From the NCBI RefSeq assembly GCF_009914755.1, contig NC_060935.1: a stretch of DNA of 64,000 nucleotides. One strand, 5' to 3'. Source of the DNA: the human T2T-CHM13v2.0 reference genome, Homo sapiens. Made by a program: the position numbers and the translations under genes. Positions within the stretch are counted from its first letter, which is position 1; each line of letters opens with the position of its first letter. Below the pieces are notes generated by a model. That model saw only the letters and a program-made list of their open reading frames with translations, had not been told where the DNA came from and searched no databases. Below are positions 13,482 to 30,980 of the stretch, in pieces.

Positions 13482-14175
13482 CTAGAGCAGTGATATTATT
13501 ATCAGGTTAAACATGTTTTAAAACAATCAGTATCAGCTGAGATGAAGAACACTTTATCAGAAAGGCATGACAATTACAAACAATTACAAATATCAGAAAG
13601 GTGTAACAATTACATACAAATGTGTATGTGCCTAATAAATCACCTTCAATATACATAAAAAAGCAATCCTGACTAGACTAAAGGGAGAAATAGACAAAAT
13701 GTACAGTCATGTTTGGAGACACTACAACCCCTGTCTCAGAAATTAACAGAACTAACTGACCAGAAATCAGTTAAGGTATAGAAGATTATGAATAACACTA
13801 TAAAGTGCTTTGATTTAACACCATTTATAGAACACCACGTCAAACATCTCCAGAGTACATATTCTTTGCAAGTACATATAGAACATTCACCAAGACATAC
13901 CACATACTAAGCTACAAAATAAGCCTTAAAATTTTTCAAAAGATTGAAACTTTACAGAGTATGTTCTCTGTCAACAATAGAATTAAGTTGGATAGCAATG
14001 ACAATAAGGTATCTAGAAAATCCTCAGATAATTAGATATTAACATATCTTTAAATAACTCCTTGGTGAAAGTAGAAATCAGACAGAAAATTATAAAATAT
14101 TTTGGACTGAATAATAACGAAAATATATCTCAAAATGAGTGAAGTGCAGCTAAAAGTGCTTAGAAATTTATAGCT

Positions 14176-14257
14176 AGAAATGTGAGAAAATAATTTTTTG
14201 TTGTTTAAGCCACCCAGTCTTTTGTACTTTGTTATGGCAGTCCTAGAAAACTAATAT
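14176..14257 (+). mobile_element. MLT1 LTR 3' end fragment
   Basis: TGTTGTTTAAGCCACCCAGT..TTTGTTATGGCAGTCCTAGAAAACTAATA. Confidence 0.75.
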
Positions 14258-14370
14258 GATGTATCACACTTCAATAAGAATCAGGGCTCCTTGGACAAAT
14301 GGCTGATTCTAGAACTGGGGAAGGAAATATATGACATGAGCCTGGAACATCTTGTAGCTCTAGAAAGTAG

Positions 14371-14823
<453 letters not shown>

Positions 14824-14985
14824 TTAGATGATAACCCAAAGCATAAAATAAATATCCATAAGTCCATACTGATATAAGTCACTGATGCAATAAATTCATA
14901 AATGGGAGAAGGCAGATAAATCTCTCATGCAGAAGAATTCCAAATAATTTATTTAAAGATGCTCAGCCCTCAAAGAGGAGAAGCA

Positions 14986-15290
14986 GGTTGAGTGTGGTGC
15001 TAATGCCTGTCATCCTAGCACTTTAGGAAGCTGAGGCTGCAGGACTGCCTGAGGACAGAAGTTTGAGACTAGCCTGAGCAACATAGCAAGAACCCTCCTC
15101 TACAAGAAAAAATATAATTAGACTGGTGTGGTGGCGTGCACCTGTACACCCAGCTACTCAAGAGGCTGAGGCTGGAGGATCACTTGAACCCAGGAGTCTA
15201 AGGCTTCAGTGATTCATGATCACAGCACTGCATTCCAGCCTGGGTGATAGAGCAAGATGCCATCTCAAAAAAAAAAAGTTAATTTAAAAA
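14986..15290 (+). mobile_element. AluJ
   Basis: Diverged dimer; TSD AAAGAGGAG(A/G)AGCA. Confidence 0.9.
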
Positions 15291-16865
15291 GAGGAGGAGC
15301 ACAGCTCCCCACTCTTTAGGTATTGGCTGCAAATAGTGACTTCGTTCCGACGAGTACAGTATGGAAAGAAGGGAAAACGAGTAACTGTACTGTGGGAAAA
15401 CCTGACCAACACTAACTCAGCCAGGTCTCTAAGGCCAACATTAACAGTTATAGATAATGTTGACAATATATATACTTGATATGATGTGGTGAAAATGGCA
15501 CTTTAACTGTGATTTTCCACCCAATAAACCATAACCACAGTCATGACATTAAAAAAAAATTGAACAAATTCCAACAGTGGGACATCCTACAAAATGCCTG
15601 GCCAGAACACCTCAAAACTATCAAGATCATGAAAAAAAGAGAAGGAAAAGAAGTCTTTGAAATTGCCATAACCAAGAGGATCTTAAAGAGACTTGACAGT
15701 TAAATGCAATGTGGTATCCTGGATAAAATCCTAGAAAAGGAGAAAAACAACAAAACAAAAAACCAGGTGAAACCTAAAGAAATATGAATGAACTATGGAC
15801 TTTAGTTAATCATAATGTATCAAAATATTGTTTGATTAACTGTAACAAATATAGTTATGTAGGATAATAGTTAGGAGAAATTGGTTAGGGGTGCATAGGA
15901 ACTCTGTACTGTTTTCCCAATTTTTCTGTAAATCTAAAACTTCAAAAAATAAAATCTACCAAAAATAAAAAATATTAGCAAATTAAATTCATCAACACAT
16001 AAAAATGATGACACATCATGACTAAGTGAGTTTCCTCCCGGGAATGCAAGTTTGTTTTAACATTCCAAAACCAATTCACCTGTTAATGGAATAAAGAGGA
16101 AATATCATACAATTATCTCAACAGATGCAGAGAAAAAGGATTTGACAGAATTTAACACTCATTTGTGATAAAAGCATTCAGCAAATTAGCAGTAGATGGG
16201 AACTTCCTCCATATGATAAATGAAATCTATGGAGATATAATAAAATACTGTAACTCATTTCATATTGGGTTAAGTATGAATGACAAAATGTTTTTCCTCC
16301 AAAATCAGCAATAAGACATGAATACTCACTCTTGTTATTTCTACTCAGCATAGCACTGATAGTTCTAGCTAGGGCAATTAGGAAAGAAGAAAAAATGCAT
16401 GAAATTGAAAAGGAAGGAAAAGAGCTGTCAGAGTTTGTATGGGGTTGAAATAGTCCGTTTTGGGCATGGACTGGCAGTCTGCCTTGGCCCAGTCAGAGAA
16501 ACTCCACTGAGGGAGAGAAAAATTATAATCCCTTTTGGTGGTTGCTGGGTCAGCTGCAATGATTTATAACCTAAAAGAGGTCCAAACACAAGACCATATT
16601 CTTCCACAGAAGTTTTCTGTGTTCTGGAGCTACAGCAAGCTGAGGCTCTGATCTATAATGACAAAGGAGAAACTCTTGCATAGGTGGTTAGGAGACCAAA
16701 TCACACTAGACCAGGGACCTACTTGCAAGAATCACAAACTAGTTTCCTTCCTGAAACATCTGTCAGATTTTGAACTTGTGAGAGTAGGCAAATGAAAGAG
16801 GGAAGCTCAAAACATTCCAAGGTCAGACGGAACTTTCAGATTCTCAATGAAAAACCTGGTAAGGC

Positions 16866-17138
16866 GGCCGGGCGCGGTGGCTCACGCCTGTAATCCCAGC
16901 ACTTTGGGAGGCCGAGTTGGGCGGATCACGAGGTCAGGAGATCGAGACCATTCTGGCTAACACGGTGAAACCCTGTCTCTACTATAAAAAATACAAAAAA
17001 TTAGCCAGGCGAGGTGGAGGGCGCCTGTAGTCCCAGCTACGCGGGAGGCTGAGGCAGGAGAATTGCGTGAACCCCAGTGGGTGGAGCCTGCAGTGAGTGC
17101 CACTGCACTCCAACCTGGGTGACAGCGAGACTCTGTCT

Positions 17139-17170
<32 letters not shown>
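16866..17170 (+). mobile_element. AluY (AluYe-like)
   Basis: CpG-rich; GATCACGAGGTCAGGAGATCGAGACC; long polyA; TSD ACCTGGTAAGGC. Confidence 0.93.
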
Positions 17171-17171
<1 letters not shown>

Positions 17172-17449
17172 ACCTGGTAAGGCCATACCAGGAAGAATAG
17201 GCAGGTACCAGTGGCGGACTGAGTCTTACTAATACTGTAATGCAGCCACAAGATTATCAGTCCCTTACCCCATTTTCTTAACAGAATAAAAGACTAAACC
17301 CTAATTACTGAAAGATATTATCTATAGCCTCTATGGTCCTTCTATGAGCAGCATCTGGCAGTGACAGTGACAGTGACAAAGTAGGAGATGAGCAAGGAAG
17401 GGGGAAAATGTGAACAAAAAATAGCAGAGCCACTGCTGACCCAGTTACT

Positions 17450-19722
17450 GGAGTTAGCAGTAAGGACATAAAAACAGCCATGATCAGCATGTGAAAATAA
17501 ATACAGGAAAAGATGCGCAAGATGGATTAAAAAGTGGAGAATTAAAATAGTTAGAATATCTCTTAAAAATCCAATGGCCATTCTAGAATTGAAAATATAT
17601 CAGAATTTTAAGAATTTGTTGAATGTATTTAACAGGAGACTGAACACAGTGTATGACTGGATAGTGAACTGGAACTCAATAGAAATTATCCACACTGAAG
17701 CACACAGAAATAAAGCTGGGAGGGAGAGGGAACAGAACAGAGCATAAAGGCATGTGAGGTACTAACAAAAGTTCTAACATACACATATGTGGAGTATCAG
17801 AAAGAAAGGAGAGAGGAATGAGGCATAACCAGTATTTGAATAAATCATGCCTGAGAATTTTCCAAATACCACAGATTTAGTTTTATAAAGCAAGGCAAAA
17901 CCCAAGCAGGATAGATACAATGTAAAACCACATGCAGGCTCATAATAAACTGCTGAAAGACAAAGACAAAGACAAACAGTAAAAAGCTGCTAGAGGAAAA
18001 AAGGAACCATTACCTTAAAAGAAGTAACAGTAAAACTGACCACTGGTCTTCACTAGAATCTATGGAAGCTAGAAAAAGAATATTGCCAACTTAGAATTCT
18101 ATATCCACTAAAATGTCCTTTAAAATTAAAGGTGAAATATATTTTCATTAAAAAAAAAACCACATACAGAATCATCACCAGCAGACCAGTATCACAATAA
18201 ATCAAAAGAGAGTCTGTCCTTCATGGTGAAGGAAAATGAGCCCAGAGAGAACAGACCACAGGAAGGAGTGAATAGTACCCAAGACAATAAGTATGTAGGT
18301 AAACATAAAACAATATTGATTACTTAAACCAGCAATAATGACAATGTATCTTCAGCTCATAATATATGTATGAGTACCAATATATGACAATAATAGCACA
18401 AAGGGCAAGAGCAGATAAAGTTGAGTTAAACTGTTGTAAGGTTCTTGCATTGAAGGTTCTTGCATTGTTCAAGAAGAAGTAACAGTGCAACCTTAAGGTA
18501 GACTGTAATAATTCAGGGATGCAGTTTAGATCCACTGAAAGAAAAAAAGAACATATAACCACGAAGCTAACAGAAGTGACAAAAATAGTCGATAAGTCAA
18601 GAAAGGCAGGAAAGGAGGAATTAAAAAACGAAGAATAGATGGTTCAAATAAAAATCAAATCACACGATGGTAGTTTGATACTACCAACTATATCAGCAAT
18701 TACATTAATTATAAATGGATAAATAGTATAATATGAAATAATTGTCAGATTGAACTAAAAAAACAAGATGCAAATATTAGTTGTTTATAAGAGATACACA
18801 CAATATAGGAGGACACAAGTTGAAAGGAAAAGAATGAAAAGATATTGCTGGAAACCATTAACAAAAAGCTGGTGTGGTTATATTACTATCTGATAAAGTA
18901 GACTTAAAGAAGTAACTTCCCCATATTAGTATGCTCCTCATTTCAAAGCTTCAAATATGCAAAGCAAAAGTAACAGAATTTTTAAAAAAGAAATGGGCAA
19001 ATTCAAAATCAGAGTTACAGATTTAACACACTTCTCTCAGAAAATGCTAAAACAAGCAAGCAAACAAAAAACAGTGAAATACTGAATATTTAAACAACAC
19101 AATTAAGCAATTTTATCTGGTTAATGTATATACAACATTATATTGAATAACTGCAGAATGAATATTATTTTGAAGTGCTTGTGGAACATTTACCACAATA
19201 GACTACACAATGGGTCATAAAGCAATTAACACAAATTTCAAAGAACTGAAATTATACAGAATATGCTCTCTAACTGGAGTGGAGTTAATTAGAAATCTAT
19301 ATAAAAAGGCAACTAGAAAATCTCTAAATGCTTGAAAATTAAGCAACACACTGCTAAATAGTCCATGGGCCAAAGGAAACATTACAACAGCAAATATTTA
19401 GAGTGGGATAATGAAAATTGTGAGCTGCATCTAAAGGCTGTGGTTACAGAAACATTTATAGCCTTAAATGCAATTCTTAGAGAAAAAGATATACGGAAAA
19501 TTAATGAATCTAAGCTTCCCTCTCAGGAAGATAGATAAACAACAGCAAATTAAACCTCAAGAAAGTGGAAGGAAAGAAATAGTAAAGATGAAAGCAGAAA
19601 TCAAATAGGAAAAAAAATACACAGTGGAGAAAATGAGCAAAGATAAAAGTTAGGCCTTTAAATAAGTAAATAAAATGTATAAACCCCTACTAAGAAGAGA
19701 GACACAGACAGACACACACACA

Positions 19723-19761
<39 letters not shown>

Positions 19762-19821
19762 AGAAACAGAATATCAGCTAAGAAAGTGGGTTATCAGTAC
19801 AGGTTCTAGAGACATTTAAAA
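17450..19821 (+). mobile_element. Old L1M element, 5' part (ORF1 and ORF2 EN remnants), with a (CA)n/(GA)n tract at ~19695-19765
   Basis: Decayed ORF1 (CCAACTTAGAATTCTATATCCAC) and EN (AAAAAGCTGGTGTGGTTATATTACTATCTGATAAAGTAGAC) motifs; resumes after 26054. Confidence 0.75.
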
Positions 19822-20078
19822 GATATCATGGTATTTTTTTTATTATTATTATACTTTAAGTCTTAGGGTACATGTGCACAATGTGAAGGTTTGTTACACA
19901 TGTATACCATGTATACATGTATACATGGTATACATATGCCATGTTGGTGTACTGCACCCATTAACTCGTCATTTAGCATTAGGTATATCTCCTAATGCTA
20001 TCCCTCCCCCCTCCCTCCACCCCACAACAGTCCCTGGAGTGTGATGTTCCCCTTCCTGTGTCCATGTGTTCTCATTGT

Positions 20079-23898
<3,820 letters not shown>

Positions 23899-23961
23899 TA
23901 TGATGTTAGCTGGTTATTTTGCTCATTAGTTGATGCAGTTTCTTCCTAGCCTTGATGGTCT

Positions 23962-24977
23962 TTACAATTTGGCATGGTTTTGCAGTGGCTGGTACCGGTT
24001 GTTCCTTTCCATGTTTAGTGCTTCCTTCAGGAGCTCTTTTACGGCAGGCCTGGTGGTGACAAAATCTCTCAGCATTTGCTTGTCTGTAAAGTATTTTATT
24101 TCTCCTTCGCTTATGAAGCTTAGTTTGGCTGGATGTGAAATCCTGGGTTGAAAATTCTTTTCTTTAAGAATGTTGAATATTGGCCCCCACTCTCTTCTGG
24201 CTTGTAGAGTTTCTGCCGAGAGATCCACTGTTAGTCTGATGGGCTTCCCTTTGTGGGTAACCCGACCTTTCTCTCTGGCTGCCCTTAACATTGTTTCCTT
24301 CATTTCAACTTTGGTGAATCTGACAATTATGTGTCTTGGAGTTGCTCTTCTCGAGGAGTATCTTTGTGGTGTTCTCCGTATTTCCTGAATCTGAATGTTG
24401 GCCTGCCTTGCTAGATTGGGGAAGTTCTCCTGGATAATATCCTGCAGAGTGTTTTCCAACTTGGTTCCATTCTCCCTGTCACTTTCAGGTACGCCAATCA
24501 GATGTAGATTTGGTCTTTTCACATAGTCCCATATTTCTTGGAGACTTTGTTCGTTTCTTTTTATTCTTTTTTCTCTAAACTTCCCTTCTCGCTTCATTTC
24601 ATTCATTTCATCTGCCATCACTGAAACCCTTTCTTCCAGTTAATCACGTCAGCTCCTGAGGCTTCTGCATTCTTCACATAGTTCTCCAGCCTTGGCTTTC
24701 AGCTCCATCAGCTCCTTTAAGCACTTCTCTGCATTGGTTATTCTAGTTATACATTCGTCTAATTTTTTTCAAAGTTTTTAACTTCTTTGCCATTGGTTTG
24801 AATTTCCTCCTGTAGCTCGGAGTAGTTTGATCATCTGAAGCCTTCTTCTCCCAACTTGTCAAAGTCATTCTCCGTCCAGCTTTGTTCCGTTGCTGGTGAG
24901 GAGCTGCGTTCCTTTGGAGGAGGAGAGGCGCTCTGCTTTTTAGAGTTTCCAGTTTTTCTGCTCTGTTTTTTCCCCAT
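23962..24977 (-). pseudogene. L1 ORF1, broken
   Basis: ATG at 24977; in-frame TGA and TAA at ~24640-24651 (consensus SRCDQ); intact C-terminal ORF 23962-24621 ending QPLQNHAKL. Confidence 0.93.
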
Positions 24978-26054
24978 CTTTGTAGTTTTATCTACTTTTG
25001 GTCTTTGATGATGGTGATGTACAGATGGGTTTTTGGTGTGGATGTCCTTTCTGTTTGTTAGTTTTCCTTCTAACAGACAGGACCCTCAGCTGCAGGTCTG
25101 TTGGAGTTTGCTAGAAGTCTACTCCAGACCCTGTTTGCCTGGGTATCAGCAGCGGTGGCTGCAGAACAGCGGTGGCTGTAGAACAGCGGGTTTTCATGAA
25201 CCGCAAATGCTGCTGCCTGATCATTCCTCTGGAAGTTTTGTCTCAGAGGAGTACCCGGCCCTGTGAGGTGTCAGTCTGCCCCTACCGGGGGGTGCCTCCC
25301 AGTTAGGCTGCTCAGGGGTCAGGGACCCACTTGACGAGGCAGTCTGCCCGTTCTCAGATCTCCAGCTGCGTGCTGGGAGAACCACTACTCTCTTCAAAGC
25401 TGTCAGATAGGGACGTTTAAGTCTGTAGAGGTTACTGCTGTCTTTTTGTCTTTGCCCTGCCCCCAGAGGTGGAGCCTACAGAGGCAGGCAGGCCTCCTTG
25501 AGCTGTGGTGGGCTCCACCCACTTCGAGCTTCCTGGCTGCTTTGTTTACCTATGCAAGCCTGGGCAATGGCAGGCGCCCCTCCCCCAGCCTCGCTGCCAC
25601 CTTGCAGTTTGATCTCAGACTGCTGTGCTAGCAATCAGTGAGACTCTGTGGGCGTAGGACCCTCCGAGCCATGTGCAGGATATAATCTCCTGGTGTGCCG
25701 TTTTTTAAGCCCGTTGGCAAAGTGCAGTATTAGGGTGGGAGTGACCCAATTTTCCAGGTGCTGTCTGTCACCCCTTTCTTTGACTAGGAAAGGGAACTCC
25801 CTGACCCCTTGCACTTCCTGAGTGAGGCAATGCCTCGCCCTGCTTCGGCTCGCACACAGTGCACTGCACCCACTGTCCTGCACCCACTGTCTGGCACTCC
25901 CTAGTGAGATGAACCCGGTACCTCAGATGGAAATGCAGAAATCACCCATCTTCTGCGTCGCTCACGCTGGAAGCTGTAGACCGGAGCTCTTCCTATTCAG
26001 CCATCTTGGCTACACCCCGCGCACCCCCCCTCCCCCCGCTGATATCATGGTATT

Positions 26055-28920
26055 AACAACTTTTTGTTGATACATTTGGCAACTTAGATTAAATGAACAA
26101 ATTCTTTGAAAACACAACTTACCATATAAAAAAAGTAAAAAATACTGTAGTCTAATATTCATTTAAAAACTGAATCTGTAATTGAAAATTTTCCTACAAA
26201 GAAGCTTCCAGGGCCAGATAGCTTCACTGGAGAATTTCCACAAATATTTAAGGCAGAAACAGTGCTAATCTTATTTAAACTATTTCAGAAAAAAGAGAAA
26301 TAAAAAACACCTCCAAACTTGCTTTACAAGACCAATATAAACCTGATTTTAAAAATCTGACATTTTATTATTATATTTTATAAGAAAGGAAAGAAAAAAT
26401 TGCAGGCCAATATCACTCATAAGCATAAATGTGAAAATCCTAACTAAAATATTAGCAAATCAAACGTAGTGACATACAAAAATTATATATCATGACCACA
26501 TGGTGTTTATTCTAAGAATGCAGTTACTTTAACATTATTTTAATGTAATTCACCACATTAACAGAATAAAGGAGAAAAAGCATATAATCATCTTGATAGA
26601 TATAGAAACATTATTTGACAAATTCAACACTTTTTCAAATTAAACTACCAGAAAACAGGAATAGAAAGGAACTTTTCTAATCTAATGAAGGATATCTACA
26701 AAAACCCTTAGCTAACATCTTTTAACATAAACTAGTGAATGCTTTTCCTCTGAGGTTAGGAACAAGACAAGGCTACTATCGCTACTTCTATTCATCATCG
26801 TACTGAAGATCCTAGCCAGTGCAATATGGCAAGAAAAAAATTGAAAAGTATGAGACTTAAAACGAAAGAATAAAACTATTATTTGCTCACATACATGGTG
26901 ATGTATGCAAAAAATTCAAAAGGGTCTATAAACAAACTATTAGAATTAATAAGCAAATTTGGAAAGGTCGTTTAAACAAGGTGACTTTTCAGAAATCAAT
27001 TGTATATTTATATACTAGTAAAACAAATTGGAAATAGAACCTTAAAAACCACCATTTACAACTGAATTTTTAAAATCAAATAAGAATACATACAATGAAA
27101 AATTGCAAGATATCCACCCTATAAAACAGTGTTTAGAGAAATTAAATAAGACCTAAACACATGGATTTACATAAACACTTCATGTTTACAGATTGGAAGA
27201 ATCAATATTGTTTCTCTCCAAATAGCAATCTCTCTCCAAATTGATCTACAGATTTTGTGACATCTCAATCAAAATACTGGAAGTAAATTGAAAAGCTGAT
27301 TGTAAAATATACATATAAAAATGCAAAAAAAACCCAGAATAGCCAAAATGATGTTGAAGAAGAATAAAGTTGGAGGACTCGTACCATCAGATATACTTAT
27401 TGTAAATCTACAGTAGTTAAGAAGACTATGTGGGTTTGGTGCAAAGACAGATAAATAGAAGAATGAAGTAGGATAGAGTCCAACAACAGACCCACACTTA
27501 CATGGTCAACTGATTTTTGACAGTGGTGCCACTGCAATCCAGTGGGTGGAGAATGCCTTTTAAATAAATGGCCTAATGTCTTAGATCAATTGGATATTCA
27601 TATGGGAAAAAAATGAAGCTTGATCCCTACCTCACACCAAAATTAATTTGAAATGGATTCTAGATCTACATGTGAAAAACAAAACAATAAAGCTTCCAAA
27701 AGAAAATACAGAATCATATCATTATGATATTGGGATAGTTAAAAAGTTGTTAGAACACCAAAGCCATTACCCATAAAATAGGCCTCATTAAAATTAAGAA
27801 CTTCTGTTCATTAAAAGACATCAGGAGCGTGAAAAGGCAAAATATACACTGGGATAAGATATTGGCAATACATATATCTGAGAAATCAATAAAACAAAAA
27901 ACAATTAAACTTTGGGCATAAAACTTAAGCACTTCACAAGAAAGGATATTCAAATGGCCAATCAACACATGAGAAGGTGTTCAACATTATCACTCATCAG
28001 GAAAAAGTCAATTGAAACCACAATGAACATCACTACAAACTTTCTAGAATGAGTAAAAAGAAAAAGATTGTGAATATTAAGTGTTGGCAAGAACGTGGCA
28101 CACCTGGAACTCACTCATGTATTGTTTTTGAGAGTGTAAATTGATACAATTACTTTGGAGAACTGTTTGGAAATTTCGTATTAAGTGTACACCAAATTTT
28201 GATATTTACAGCTAAAAGCATTCTAACTGTTGCAAATAGGGTCATATTGCTTATATTATTTTGAGCATGTGCTTTCATTTTACAATATACCATGAACATT
28301 TTCATCCGTCAATAACTTTTTCCATAATAGGATTTTTAATGGCTGCACTGTATTCAACGTGTTATGAGACGTTTAGGTGTTGCCAGTTTGAATTAAAAAT
28401 TTAAGCAATTTGAATTGTAGGTAACTACCCAAGATACATTAGAGTACACATGTCCATCAAAAAAGCATGTATGAAACTTTACAGCAGCTTTGTTTAAAAT
28501 AGCCAAGAGTTAGACACAACTCAAATGTCCATCAACAGTAAAATGGATCATTGGTATAGTCATATAATGGGGATACCACACAGCAAAAAATGGAACAAAC
28601 CTACTATTCTCAACAACATGAATGAATCACACAGATACAATGATGAGCACAAGGAGTAGGTGTAAAAGTCAACATACATGTAATTTCATTTATGTGAAGT
28701 TCAAGAATTGGCAAAACTCACTTGTGGTGATAGAATCTGAGTAATGGTTACTTCTGTGGGTACTGGCTGGGTGGAGGAACAAATGATTCCCCCATGACTC
28801 GAAATGCTCTGTTTCTTGATTTGGGTGTTGGTTATATGAGGGTTTTCAGGTTGTGAGAATTAAGCATGATTTGTGTAATTTTCTGTATATACGTTATACT
28901 TCAATGCAAAGTTAAAAATA
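26055..28920 (+). mobile_element. Old L1M element, 3' part (ORF2 RT to L1ME-type 3'UTR)
   Basis: CCAGGGCCAGATAGCTTCACTGGAGAATT, AATAAAGTTGGAGGACTC, and 3' end ATGATTTGTGTAATTTTCTGTATATACGTTATACTTCAAT. Confidence 0.8.
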
Positions 28921-29304
28921 GAATGCTAACAAGGAAAGCTGGTAACAATGGCAGATTACAAATCAATGCAAAGTTTTGGAGGGAAATTTAAGGAAAAGCC
29001 TTGATAATATATACAACCATTACCCAATATTTTGTTTCTAGAAAATTACCCCTGAAACCAAACAAATATGCAAAGATTTGTGCAGGGTGTTGTCACACCA
29101 TTATGTATAATGGCAAAAACTGGCAACACCTAAATGTCTCACAACATGTTGAATACAGTGCAGCCATTCAAAATCCTATTACAGGAGTAAGTTATTGACT
29201 TTTGAAAATGTTCATGGTATATTATGAAATGAAAGAGCATGCTCAAAATAATACAAGCAATATGATCCTATTTGCAACAGTTAGAATGCTTTTAGCTGCA
29301 AATA
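28203..29304. repeat. Inverted duplication: 28203-28389 is the reverse complement of 29117-29304
   Basis: Manual alignment: ~188 bp, about 18 differences (~90% identity), 727-bp spacer. Confidence 0.92.
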
Positions 29305-29857
29305 ATGAAATACCTTTCTAAAATAAGGGCAGATTATTATCTCAAATAACAGGAGTCCAAAGATAGGGCAATTTCAGGGTTGGCTAATGAAGTTGCTCAA
29401 AAATGTTATCCGGGATCTAGATTTTTTCTTTGGTGTTGGTTTTTGTTTTCAGCCTAGTTCTTCCTTGCTTGCTGGATGGCTGCAGCAGTTCCCTGAATCT
29501 CCACCTTATAGAGCCAAGCTGAGCAACAGAAAGAGGACCATCATCTTCTGTGGACCTCTAAGAGCAAGGAAAACATTCCCTCAAAGTCATTCTTGTGCAT
29601 CTCACTGGCCAGAACTGTATCACATGTCCAATGTCTAAACTATTCACAGAAAAGGGAAATGGGATCACTGTCATTATCTTAAACCAATCATGATTGGATT
29701 CCCTGGAGCTGCGCTGTGCAGGGGGTCATTTTCCCTGAGCCCATGACAACAAGGAGCTTGAACACTTCTACAAAACAAGAGCTTTGCCAGCCAAGAAGAA
29801 GTGAGCAGAAGTGAAGACAGACTGCCACTGAATAGGCAACCCACAGTGTTCACCCCA
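29277..29857 (-). mobile_element. MLT1J/K-type LTR within L1ME fragments
   Basis: CAGTTAGAATGCTTTTAGCTGCAA start; GGCAACCCACAGTGT end. Confidence 0.7.
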
Positions 29858-30639
29858 TCAAATACATACCAAAAAGGCATAAACCAAGCTCTGAACTTGC
29901 TCATAACCCTCACCTCTGGGTAGTAAAACTGTGGTTGATTTATTTTAGTGTTTTGCTCATGGTTTTTGTCACTGGACATGTATTATGTTATAATAAAAAA
30001 GTCTTAAATGTTATTTTTAAAACAATAATTTAAAAATAAAAGGGAGCTTGCAGATCATTAAGCACATCCCCAGCACTTTGCAAATTGAAAAGACATGTTC
30101 CTGAAAGGTAGAGTAATGCTTATGAAGCCACAGTCATTTCCTTTCTACTTCTGTTTCCATTCTGTTCCTCCATCCTTTCACAATCTGCCTCTGAGCTACT
30201 CAAAGTCTGACTTCAAAGTGATGCTGGATGGAAGGGACCTCTAAGGACATCGAAGTCAACCTCTTACAGGAAACCCAGAATGACAGCAGCTTACTCAAGG
30301 TCACCCAGCTACCTAGGGAGAAGACCCAAAGATAGTGATTGGCGCTTTAGAAATCCTCTGATGAGTATACTTCTCCAATTCCTAAAGCCAGCCCAGGGAC
30401 AGCAAAGATTGAGCAAAACCCAGGAAAATACTGATGGCTCAGCCATCTTGCTGTGGAAAGAGGAGCAACACCCTGCTTAAGAATGTGCCACACATACCCC
30501 ATCCCCATCCCCATCCCCAAATTAAAGTAAAAGTCCTCTTTCTGGTGTTACCTCTCTGCTGTTAACCTTGCCTTCTCTGCCAGCTGCATTCCCATAAGCT
30601 GGAAACACATCCAATTTTCTCCCAACCTTTAAACAATAA

Positions 30640-30980
30640 AAATATTTAACTCTGCCTTCTCTTTCTAACACTTTTCATCCAAATAGCTCAAAAAGATAAT
30701 CTGTGCTTTCTTTTTCTAATTCCTTACCTCTCATTTTCTCCTCAACTCATTCCAATCTGCTATACCACTTCCATGGGGTAATACCACTAAAATTGTTCTT
30801 GTTAAGGACATAAGTGACTCCTATCATGAAATCTGAGGAAATCCTTAAGTTCTTATCTTACTGGACCTCCCTGTTGCATTTAACCCTATTGTCCACTTTC
30901 TCTTTCTGAATGCTCTGCTCTCTTGGTTCCCAAGATGACTTGCTTTCCCCAATTCTCATAACTTTCTGGCCATAACTTTT
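30640..30980 (+). mobile_element. L2 fragment
   Basis: CTTATCTTACTGGACCTCCCTGTTGCATTTAAC. Confidence 0.6.
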
